Origin: Planctomycetota bacterium
GTDB lineage: Bacteria; Planctomycetota; J058
NCBI GenBank assembly: GCA_020425635.1
Contig: JAGQRJ010000710.1
Coordinates: forward strand, 1-51,663
Direction: 5' to 3'
Length of the DNA: 51,663 nucleotides
The notes under the pieces were generated by a model that was not told the origin of the DNA, did not search any database, and saw nothing but the letters and a program-made list of their open reading frames with translations. Each line of letters opens with the position of its first letter. Position 1 is the stretch's first letter. A program made the position numbers and the translations under genes. Below are positions 9,261 through 16,935 of this stretch, one piece after another.

Positions 9261-10327
9261 TGTCGCGCTGGGCCTGGCTCCGACTCGCCCGGATCGCGAG
9301 GCGCTGCGGAGGGGTCGACCTGAGCCGGCTCCCCCGCGCCCTGCGCCTGCTGCTGCGCTACGGGCTCCTCGCGCCGCTGCGCTGGGCCCAGCGCCGACGC
9401 CTGGCCCAGCACCCGAGCCCGGCCCTCGGCGAAGACCCGGTGTTCGTGCTCGGGCACTGGCGCTCGGGCACGACCTACCTGCAGCAGCTCTTGGGCGCCG
9501 ACCCGCGGCACACCACCTCGACCCTGTTCACCAGCCTGTTCGCCGACGTGTCGACCTTTCGCTGGCTCGAGGGGGCCATGAACGCGGTGGCCAAGGCCCT
9601 GGGCCTGCGCCACCCGATCCAGCGTCAGGCCTTGCAGCTCGGGCTGCCGGCCGAGGCCGACATTGGCCTCTGCCTGGGCCTCTTGAGCGAGCACGCCTAC
9701 ACCTGGGGGCACGTCTTCCCCCGCGCGTTCCCCGCCTGGCTCGAGACCCACGTGTTCCAGCTCACGCCGGGCGTCGCGGGCCGCTGGCTCGACGACTACG
9801 AGCGGCTCATGCGCCGGGTCTCGGCCCTCGCCGGCGGCAAGCGGGTGGTGGTCAAGAGCCCGGGCGACACGGCGCGGATCCCCTGGCTGCTCGAGCGCTA
9901 CCCCAGCGCGCGCTTCGTCTACCTGCACCGCGACCCGCTCGCCGTGTATCACTCCACCCGCTACCTGTGGAGCGTGATCCGGAGCGAATACGGCCTGCAG
10001 CGGGTCGACGACGCCACGGTCCACCGCTGGATCGTCGACACCTACGCCCGGCTGCTCAGGCGCTACCTGAGGGACCGCGCGCGGGTGCCCGCCGGTCAGC
10101 TGGTGGAGCTGCGCTTCGAGGCCCTGCGCCGCGACGGCCCCGGCGCGCTGGCCGGCGTCTACGACGCGCTGGGCCTGGGGCCCGTGCCCGAGGCCGTGCT
10201 GGCCGAGCTGCGCGCCAGCGCCAGCCACACCCCCACGCGCTACGACACCGCGCCCGCGCTCGAGCACGAGCTGCGCGACGCCTGGGCCTTCGCCTTCGCG
10301 GCCTGGCCCGAGGAGACGGCTGCCTGA
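9260..10327 (+). CDS. PAPS-dependent sulfotransferase family protein (355 aa)
   Basis: ATG 9260 overlaps the upstream stop (TAATG). The 5'-phosphosulfate-binding loop is GHWRSGTTYL. The 3'-phosphate region is VVVKSPGDTARIPWLLERYPSARFVYLHRDPLAVYHS. Confidence 0.8.
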   Translation: MSRWAWLRLARIARRCGGVDLSRLPRALRLLLRYGLLAPLRWAQRRRLAQHPSPALGEDPVFVLGHWRSGTTYLQQLLGADPRHTTSTLFTSLFADVSTFRWLEGAMNAVAKALGLRHPIQRQALQLGLPAEADIGLCLGLLSEHAYTWGHVFPRAFPAWLETHVFQLTPGVAGRWLDDYERLMRRVSALAGGKRVVVKSPGDTARIPWLLERYPSARFVYLHRDPLAVYHSTRYLWSVIRSEYGLQRVDDATVHRWIVDTYARLLRRYLRDRARVPAGQLVELRFEALRRDGPGALAGVYDALGLGPVPEAVLAELRASASHTPTRYDTAPALEHELRDAWAFAFAAWPEETAA

Positions 10328-11211
10328 TGAAGAAGGGCATTCCCAAGCTGGAGGGCACGACCTGGGTGATCACGGGCGCCGCGAGCGGGATCGGGCTCGA
10401 GCTCACGAAGCAGGCCCTGGCCCAGGGCGCCCGGGTGGCGCTGGTCGACGTCGACGCCGAGGGCCTCGAGCGCGCGCTGGCCGCCGGCGGCGCCCCCGAG
10501 CGCTGCTCCACCCACGCGGTGAACGTGGCCGACCGCGGCTCCATGCTCGCGCTCCCCGAGGCGGTGCTCGCCCGGCACCCGGCGGTGCACGTGCTCGTCA
10601 ACAACGCCGGGATCGGCTACGAGGCGGCCTTCCCCCAGACGAGCCTCGAGACCTGGGACCGCGTCATGGGCGTGAACTTCTGGGGCGTGGTCCACGGCCT
10701 GCACGCCTTCCTCCCGCACCTGGCCAAGGCCCCCAAGGCCCACGTCGTGAACCTCTCGAGCCTGTTCGGGATCGTGGGCATGCCCGGGCAGACCGCCTAC
10801 TGCGCGAGCAAGTACGCGGTGCGCGGGCTCAGCGAGTGCCTGTGGGAGGAGCTGCGCACGACCACCGTGGGCCTCACGGTGGTGCACCCCGGCGGCGTGG
10901 CCACGAACATCATGAAGACCTCAGAGGGCGACGACCCCGAGCTCATGGCCAAGCTCGCCGACTGGTACGAGGCCCACGCCATGGCGCCGGCGAAGGCGGC
11001 CAAGAAGATCCTGAAGGCGGTGCGCAAGGGCAAGCCCCGGCTGCGGATCACGCCCGAGGCCTACCTCGCCGACTACGTCAAGCGCCTGCTCCCCGTGAGC
11101 GGCAACCGGCTGATCAGCGCCCTCGTGATCCGGGGGCTGGGGCTCTCCTACATGCGCGAGGTCCGCAGCGAGCAGTGGGAGCGGACCATGGTCCGCGGAG
11201 AGGGGCCGTGA
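10327..11211 (+). CDS. Short-chain dehydrogenase/reductase (SDR, 294 aa)
   Basis: ATG 10327 overlaps the upstream stop (TGATG). Motifs: TGAASGIG cofactor loop, NNAG, and the catalytic S...YCASK (YxxxK). Confidence 0.9.
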   Translation: MKKGIPKLEGTTWVITGAASGIGLELTKQALAQGARVALVDVDAEGLERALAAGGAPERCSTHAVNVADRGSMLALPEAVLARHPAVHVLVNNAGIGYEAAFPQTSLETWDRVMGVNFWGVVHGLHAFLPHLAKAPKAHVVNLSSLFGIVGMPGQTAYCASKYAVRGLSECLWEELRTTTVGLTVVHPGGVATNIMKTSEGDDPELMAKLADWYEAHAMAPAKAAKKILKAVRKGKPRLRITPEAYLADYVKRLLPVSGNRLISALVIRGLGLSYMREVRSEQWERTMVRGEGP

Positions 11212-12683
11212 GCCCGACCTCCGTCGAGGTCTTGATCGTGGGCGCGGGGGTGAGCGGGATCGGCGCGGCGATCGAGCTCCTGCGCCGCGGGCGGCGCGAC
11301 CTCCTCGTGCTCGAGGGCGCCCAGGGGCTGGGCGGGACCTGGCGCGACAACACCTACCCCGGGATCGAGGTGGACATTCCGGTCAGCTCCTACTGTTACC
11401 GCTTCGAAATGGGCTTCCCCTGGTCGCGGCTCTACGCCCCGGGGCACGAGGTGCTCGCCTACCTGCGCCACTGCGCGACGAAGTACGGCGTCGACCCCTA
11501 CGTCCGCTACGGCTGCCGGGTGCGCTCGGCCGCCTTCGACGAGGGGACGAACCGCTGGAGCGTGGAGCTCGCCGACGGGCGCCGCTTCGAGAGCCGCTTC
11601 CTGATCGCGGCCACGGGGCTGTTCTCCACGCCCCGGGTGCCGCCCTTCCCGGGGCTCGAGCGCTTCGAGGGCACGACCCTGCACACCGCGCGCTGGGACC
11701 ACGCGGTGTCGCTCGCGGGCAAGCGGGTGGGCGTGGTCGGCACCGGCGCCTCGGCGGTCCAGGTCGTGCCCCACGTGGCCCGGGAGGCCAGCGCGCTCAC
11801 CGTGTTTCAGCGCACGCCGATCTGGATCTCCCCGCGCTTCAACCCCGCGCTCCGCCGCGCGGCGCCCAGCGCGCGCCCGACCCGCCGGCAGCGGCTGCGG
11901 CGCTGGGTGAGCGAGCTGGCCCTCGAGCTGCTGACCTACGCCGTGGTGCACTACGGCCGCATGCGGCTCTGGCTCGGGGGCTTCCAGCGCGTGGTCCGGG
12001 CCTGGATGCGCCGGCAGGTGCGCGACCCCGCCGTGGCCCGAAAGCTGCTCCCCGACTACGACCTCGGCTGCAAGCGCCCCACCTCCTCCTCCGACTACCT
12101 GGCGACCTTCAACCTCGAGCACGTGACCCTCGAGACCTCGCCGATCCGCGAGCTCGTCCCCGAGGGCGTGGCCGTCGAGGGCGGCGCGGTCCACGCGCTC
12201 GACGTGCTGGTGTTCGCCACCGGCTTCCAAACCACCGAGCAAGGCAACCAGCCCTCGTTCCAGGTGCGGGGCCGCGGCGGCGTCGAGCTGCACGACTTCT
12301 GGGAGCGAAATCGCTTCCAGAGCTACGCCGGGATCGCGGTGCGCGGCTTCCCCAACCTGTTCCTGACGCACGGCCCCTACAGCGGCGGCTTCAACTGGTT
12401 CGCCATGCTCGAGACCCACCTCGGCCAGATCCTGGGCTGCCTCGAGCACGCCTGGGCCACCGACCGGCGCCGGGTCGAGGTCAACGCCGAGGCCTACCGC
12501 CGCTACGTCGCCGCCACCGCGGAGCTGGCCGAGCGCACCGTGTTCAAGGCCGGCCACTGCGCCAGCGCCCGCAGCTACTACGTCGACCGCCACGGCGACG
12601 CCTCGCTCCCCTCCCCGCGCACGCCCTTTCAGCGCGACCGCTGGGCCAAGGCCCGCGGCGTCGCCGACTTCGACTTCGCCTGA
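11208..12683 (+). CDS. Type I Baeyer-Villiger (class B flavoprotein) monooxygenase (491 aa)
   Basis: GTG 11208 overlaps the upstream stop (GTGA). Motifs: FAD loop VGAGVSGIG; BVMO fingerprint FEGTTLHTARWD (FxGxxxHxxxW[P/D]); NADPH loop VGTGASAVQ. Confidence 0.85.
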   Translation: MSPTSVEVLIVGAGVSGIGAAIELLRRGRRDLLVLEGAQGLGGTWRDNTYPGIEVDIPVSSYCYRFEMGFPWSRLYAPGHEVLAYLRHCATKYGVDPYVRYGCRVRSAAFDEGTNRWSVELADGRRFESRFLIAATGLFSTPRVPPFPGLERFEGTTLHTARWDHAVSLAGKRVGVVGTGASAVQVVPHVAREASALTVFQRTPIWISPRFNPALRRAAPSARPTRRQRLRRWVSELALELLTYAVVHYGRMRLWLGGFQRVVRAWMRRQVRDPAVARKLLPDYDLGCKRPTSSSDYLATFNLEHVTLETSPIRELVPEGVAVEGGAVHALDVLVFATGFQTTEQGNQPSFQVRGRGGVELHDFWERNRFQSYAGIAVRGFPNLFLTHGPYSGGFNWFAMLETHLGQILGCLEHAWATDRRRVEVNAEAYRRYVAATAELAERTVFKAGHCASARSYYVDRHGDASLPSPRTPFQRDRWAKARGVADFDFA

Positions 12684-12700
12684 GCCGCGGGTCGCGGCGC

Positions 12701-12719
12701 GCGCGCGAGGCACGCGCGC
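12701..12719 (+). terminator. GC hairpin directly after the operon stop codon (possible terminator or attenuator)
   Basis: gcgcgcg-aggca-cgcgcgc forms a 7-bp perfect stem, followed by tt. It lies 18 nt after the stop at 12681-12683. A second small hairpin, ccgcg-ggt-cgcgg, is at 12685-12697. There is no real U-tract. Confidence 0.3.
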
Positions 12720-12787
12720 TTCGCAGCAGGATCCGGCTGGGGGTGCGCAGAGGGGGCTCGTCCTGCAGTATGGGTAGCGGAGGAAGC

Positions 12788-15727
12788 ATGTCGGGCGCCC
12801 CCAGCTCCGTGGAAGCAGCCGTGGTCGGCCACGCCCTGAACCGGGGCTGGCTGCGCCGTGAGCAGCTCCGCGAGGCGCTCTTGCTCCAGGGTCAGCTCGA
12901 GGCCTCGGGTCGGCCCACCCCCCTGCTCGCGATCCTGCTCGCGCGCTACCTGCGCGCGGAGCACGTGGAGGAGCTGAAGGCGGTCTACCACCGCGCCGCG
13001 CTGAGCGCGGGGGAGGCGGCGCACGCCGCGGCGGGGCCGACCCTGCCTCCGCCCGCCGCAGCCCTCCCGCACGACTGCCTCCGGCGCTCGGGCGAGGAGC
13101 TGAAGCGACCGCCCGAGCGAGACCCGGAGGCCGTGCGGCGCTTCATCGCGGCCTGCGAAGCGTCGACGCTGGAGTGCGAGCCCCCACAGCCGGCGCCCGG
13201 AGCCCCACCGGCGCCGGCTCCCGGCGAGGAGGCCGTGCGCGCGGCGCGCGCGCGCGGGCGGCGGGCCTACCGCGAGGCTCACCAGCTCGACCCGCACTTC
13301 GCGCCCCACGCCGACGACGCCCTGGAGCAGGTCGAGGTGCTGGGAGAAGGCGGCATGGGCGTCGTCTACCGCGTCCGCGACCGGCGCCTCGGTCGGGAGG
13401 CCGCGCTGAAGCTCGTGCGCAGCGACCAGGCCGACGAAGACGGCGTGCTCCGCTTCCGGCGCGAGGCAGAGATCACGGCCCGGCTGACCCACCCCTCGAT
13501 CCCGCCGGTCTACGAGGCCGGCACGAACGCCCAGGGCCTCCACTACATGCTCATGCGCGTCGTCGAGGGCCAGCCCCTGGCGCGGCACATCAAGGACCTG
13601 CACGAGGCGCCGGGCGACGGGTCGCGCGCGGGGACGAGCCAGCGCGAGCTCCTGGAGGCCCTGGTCAAGGTGGGCGAGGCGGTGGCCTACGCCCACGAGC
13701 GAGGGATCATTCACCGCGACCTGAAGCCGCAGAACGTGTTGATCGGGCAGTTCGGCGAGGTCATGGTCGTGGACTGGGGGCTGGCCCGAGACCTCTCGTT
13801 GGGCGCCGCCGACGAAGCGCTGCTCCGGCGTAGCCTCGACGGGGCCCTGCGGTCGCGGCCGGGAGTACCCGAGCTGACCCAGGAGGGGTCGGTGCTCGGC
13901 ACCCCGGGCTACATGCCCCCCGAGCAGGCCGAGGGCAAGCCCGTCGACACCCGCGCCGACGTCTTCGCGCTGGGCGCGCTGCTCTGCTGCGTCCTCACCG
14001 GTCGCCCACCGATCGTGGGCACCACGGTCTTCAACAAGCTCTACGCCACCCAGCAGGGGAAGATCGAGCTCCCCCGCGACCGCCGAGCGGACGTGCCGCC
14101 CGAGCTGAACTCCATCGCGGCCCGAGCCCTCGCCATGGCCGCGGAGGATCGCTACCCGAGCGCCGCGGGCTTCGTCGCGGACCTCCGGGCCTACCTGGCC
14201 GGCGAGGCCGTGTCCGCGCATCGCTACAGCCTGGGCGAGCGGGCGCAGCGCGCCGCGCGGCGACACGTGACGCTGCTGGTCGGTGCGTCCGTGGGGGCGC
14301 TCGCCCTCCTGGGGATCGGCCTGGCCCTGGCCTTCGCCGCGCGGCAGCAAGCCAAGGCGAAGCAGGAGGAGACCGAGCGGCGACTCGCCGAGGAGGCGCG
14401 AGCCGAGTCCGAGCGCAGCTCCCGCGCCCTGGCCGACGAGAAGGCGCGGACCCTGGTCTACACCGACGCGGGTCGCTTGAGGATCCTCGCGCGCCAGGCC
14501 GCCGAGCTGGGCGTGAGCTCGGAGGAGGTCGACGCGCTGCAGCGCTGGCTCAACGAGGCCCGGGCGCTGCTGGACGAGGCGCGCGTCGAGACCCACCGCG
14601 GTCGCCAGCGAGCGCTCCAGGCGACTCCGGCGCAGACCATGGCCCAGCAAGCCGAGCTCGAAGCGCTGGAGCAACTCCTCAGCGGCCTCGTGGTGCTGGC
14701 GCGCGTGCCCGCGCCCGGGCAGCCCCCGCTGGCGCAGACCGTGGCCGGGGTCGAGGCGCGCCTGGCGCTCGCGCGGACCGTCCGCGAGCAGACGGTCAGC
14801 GGCCCCGCGGCCTCGAGCGCGTGGGCGGAGGCGAGCCGCGCGATCCAAGAGAGCCCCCGCTACTCGGGCCTGCGGCTCAGCCCGGTGGAGGGGCTCGTGC
14901 CCCTCGGCGCCGACCCCGACTCGGGCCTGTGGGAGTTTTGGCACGTGGCCTCGGGCGAGCGCCCGGAGCGCGGCCCCGAAGGGCACCTCCGCCCCACGGA
15001 GCAGAGCGGGCTCGTGTTCGTGCTGGTGCCCGCGGGGAGCTTCCGCATGGGCTCCCTCGCCGCGAGCGACGAGCAGCCCGTGCACGAGGTGCGGCTGAAC
15101 GCCTTCCTGCTCTCCAAATACGAGGTGACCCAAGGCCAGTGGTTGCGCGCCACGGGGAGGAACCCCAGCAAGTTCTCCCCCGGCGGCTCCAAGGTCACGC
15201 TGCTGCACCCCGTCGAGCGGGTGAGCTGGCACCAATGCGCGAACGCCCTGAAACGGCTGGGCCTGACGCTGCCCAGCGAGGCCCAGTGGGAGTATGCCTG
15301 CCGCGGGGGCACGACGAGCCCGTGGTGGACGGGCGCCGAGCGCACCTCGCTCCAGGGCGCGGGCAACCTGGCCGACGGCCACTGCAAGCGCAACGGGGGC
15401 CCAGGGGGCTGGGCCTACGACGAGTGGCTCGACGACGGGTGGACGCCCCACGCGCCGGCCGGCAGCTTTCGCGCGAACCCGTTTGGGCTGCACGACATGG
15501 TGGGGAACGTCTGGGAGTGGGTGCAGGACAGCTACCACGACTCCTACGAAGGCGCGCCCCGAGACGGCTCCGCGTGGGTCGACGCCGACGAGGCCGAGCG
15601 CGTCCTCCGCGGCGGCAGCTACAGCACCGTCGCAGACGCGAGCCGCTCGGCCAGCCGCCGCAGGAACGCGCCGGCCGGTCGGAGCGACTTCCTCGGACTC
15701 CGGCCCGCGATCGTGATCCAGCGCTAG
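12788..15727 (+). CDS. Transmembrane Ser/Thr protein kinase with extracytoplasmic coiled coil and C-terminal FGE-sulfatase (SUMF1-like) domain (979 aa)
   Basis: ATG 12788 is preceded by GGAGGA. Kinase motifs: GEGGMGVVYRV, AALKLV, HRDLKPQNVL, VDWGLARD, GTPGYMPPEQ. TM helix: VTLLVGASVGALALLGIGLALAFAA. A charged coiled coil follows. FGE-like motifs: HPVERVSW, EAQWEYACRGG, NPFGLHDMVGNVWEWV, RVLRGGSY. Confidence 0.9.
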   Translation: MSGAPSSVEAAVVGHALNRGWLRREQLREALLLQGQLEASGRPTPLLAILLARYLRAEHVEELKAVYHRAALSAGEAAHAAAGPTLPPPAAALPHDCLRRSGEELKRPPERDPEAVRRFIAACEASTLECEPPQPAPGAPPAPAPGEEAVRAARARGRRAYREAHQLDPHFAPHADDALEQVEVLGEGGMGVVYRVRDRRLGREAALKLVRSDQADEDGVLRFRREAEITARLTHPSIPPVYEAGTNAQGLHYMLMRVVEGQPLARHIKDLHEAPGDGSRAGTSQRELLEALVKVGEAVAYAHERGIIHRDLKPQNVLIGQFGEVMVVDWGLARDLSLGAADEALLRRSLDGALRSRPGVPELTQEGSVLGTPGYMPPEQAEGKPVDTRADVFALGALLCCVLTGRPPIVGTTVFNKLYATQQGKIELPRDRRADVPPELNSIAARALAMAAEDRYPSAAGFVADLRAYLAGEAVSAHRYSLGERAQRAARRHVTLLVGASVGALALLGIGLALAFAARQQAKAKQEETERRLAEEARAESERSSRALADEKARTLVYTDAGRLRILARQAAELGVSSEEVDALQRWLNEARALLDEARVETHRGRQRALQATPAQTMAQQAELEALEQLLSGLVVLARVPAPGQPPLAQTVAGVEARLALARTVREQTVSGPAASSAWAEASRAIQESPRYSGLRLSPVEGLVPLGADPDSGLWEFWHVASGERPERGPEGHLRPTEQSGLVFVLVPAGSFRMGSLAASDEQPVHEVRLNAFLLSKYEVTQGQWLRATGRNPSKFSPGGSKVTLLHPVERVSWHQCANALKRLGLTLPSEAQWEYACRGGTTSPWWTGAERTSLQGAGNLADGHCKRNGGPGGWAYDEWLDDGWTPHAPAGSFRANPFGLHDMVGNVWEWVQDSYHDSYEGAPRDGSAWVDADEAERVLRGGSYSTVADASRSASRRRNAPAGRSDFLGLRPAIVIQR

Positions 15728-15886
15728 TCGGCCTCGTCGCGCAGGCGGGGTCGGGTGCGGGTCCGGGGACTGGCGCGGGAGGGCGTCGAGGTTGGACACG
15801 GCGAAGCGCACGACCGCAGCAGCGCGACTTAGGGCGCCCGGTCCCGGGCCCCGCGCTTGCTCCAGGACCCTCCACGGAGGGACTCC

Positions 15887-16855
15887 ATGAGACACACCAC
15901 GCTACGCCTGACGCTGTGCGCGATCGCCGCCTGCGCGGCCACCGGACTCGCCCAGGACGCACCCCACGCGAAGGCACCCCAGATCGAGATCGGCCTGGGC
16001 AACCCCCCGAACTCGGGCAAGACGCGCTCGCAGGCCTACCTCCGGGCGCTCAGGAGCGACCTCGAGGCCGCGCTCGGGACCCTCGACGTCGAGGAGCGCC
16101 GCCAGTTCGCCGGCTTCGAGGTCGCCGAAGGGCCCGACGTCCAGGCGCTCCTGAAGCAGCTGGCCGACCTCGAGGCCGACGTCGTGCTCGAGGCCGTGCG
16201 GGGCGCCTTCGCCACGACCCGGGCGAAGTACAAGGACGTCGACGTCAAGGCGCTGCAGGAGTCCGAGCGCTCGATCCTCTTCGTCGAGCTCCGGGCCGCC
16301 GCCAAGCGGCCCGCCGCGCGCGTGGTCGGGACCGAGCCGCTGGCGATCCACGCCTCGGGGCTGGACGGGCGACCGACCCACGTCCAGGGAGAGCTGGCGC
16401 CCGGCACCCAGCTGGCGGTGCTGAGGAACAGGCCCGAGGGCTTCCTCACCGTGCGCACGCCCAGCGGCGTCTTCGGGATCGTCGACGCCAGCCGCGTCTT
16501 GCTCGAGACCCCGATCGCCGAGGCGGGCCGGATCTACGCGGGCCCCAACGGCGGCTTGGCGTTCCTGCAGCCCAAGGGCCTGGCCGTCTTGCCCCTCGAA
16601 GGCCCCGGCCACAGCGACCCCGTGATCGAACGGATCCGCGAGGAGGTCGCCCGCGGCGACGGCATGAGCGACCCCTTCGGCTGGGTCGGAATCCAACGCC
16701 AGATCGGCAGCCGCAGCCCCTGGATCGCGGTGGTCGACCTCTACGAGCTCGAGCCCGACTTCCCCAGGCCCACCCACGCGACGGGCGACGCGGACGAGCC
16801 GGTCGTGGGGCTGAAGGACAAGCTCCAAGGCCAGACGCCGCAAAAGGATTGGTGA
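15887..16855 (+). CDS. Secreted hypothetical protein, possibly with SH3-like segments (322 aa)
   Basis: ATG 15887 is preceded by GGAGGG. Signal peptide: MRHTTLRLTLCAIAACAATGLA/QD. I recognise no catalytic motifs. Confidence 0.6.
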   Translation: MRHTTLRLTLCAIAACAATGLAQDAPHAKAPQIEIGLGNPPNSGKTRSQAYLRALRSDLEAALGTLDVEERRQFAGFEVAEGPDVQALLKQLADLEADVVLEAVRGAFATTRAKYKDVDVKALQESERSILFVELRAAAKRPAARVVGTEPLAIHASGLDGRPTHVQGELAPGTQLAVLRNRPEGFLTVRTPSGVFGIVDASRVLLETPIAEAGRIYAGPNGGLAFLQPKGLAVLPLEGPGHSDPVIERIREEVARGDGMSDPFGWVGIQRQIGSRSPWIAVVDLYELEPDFPRPTHATGDADEPVVGLKDKLQGQTPQKDW

Positions 16856-16935
16856 CGGGCTTCGAGGAGTCCGTCCGCGCGCAGGTCTAGGAGGCTCCGC
16901 GGGACTGACGGATCCCTGGTTGGGGGCCTCCGCGG

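Noticed and set aside
12629-15895. A 1088-aa minus-strand ORF lies antisense to the kinase-FGE gene. Other long antisense or off-frame ORFs are of the same kind, for example 8189..9259, 9170..10267, 11148..12713, 15902..16843, 24532..26034, 29644..31008, 34087..35340, 36475..38613, 41952..43892, 44159..45532, 47226..48875 and 49938..51077.
   Set aside because: All lack family motifs and show shadow-ORF composition. Each is fully explained by a motif-rich gene in another frame or on the other strand.
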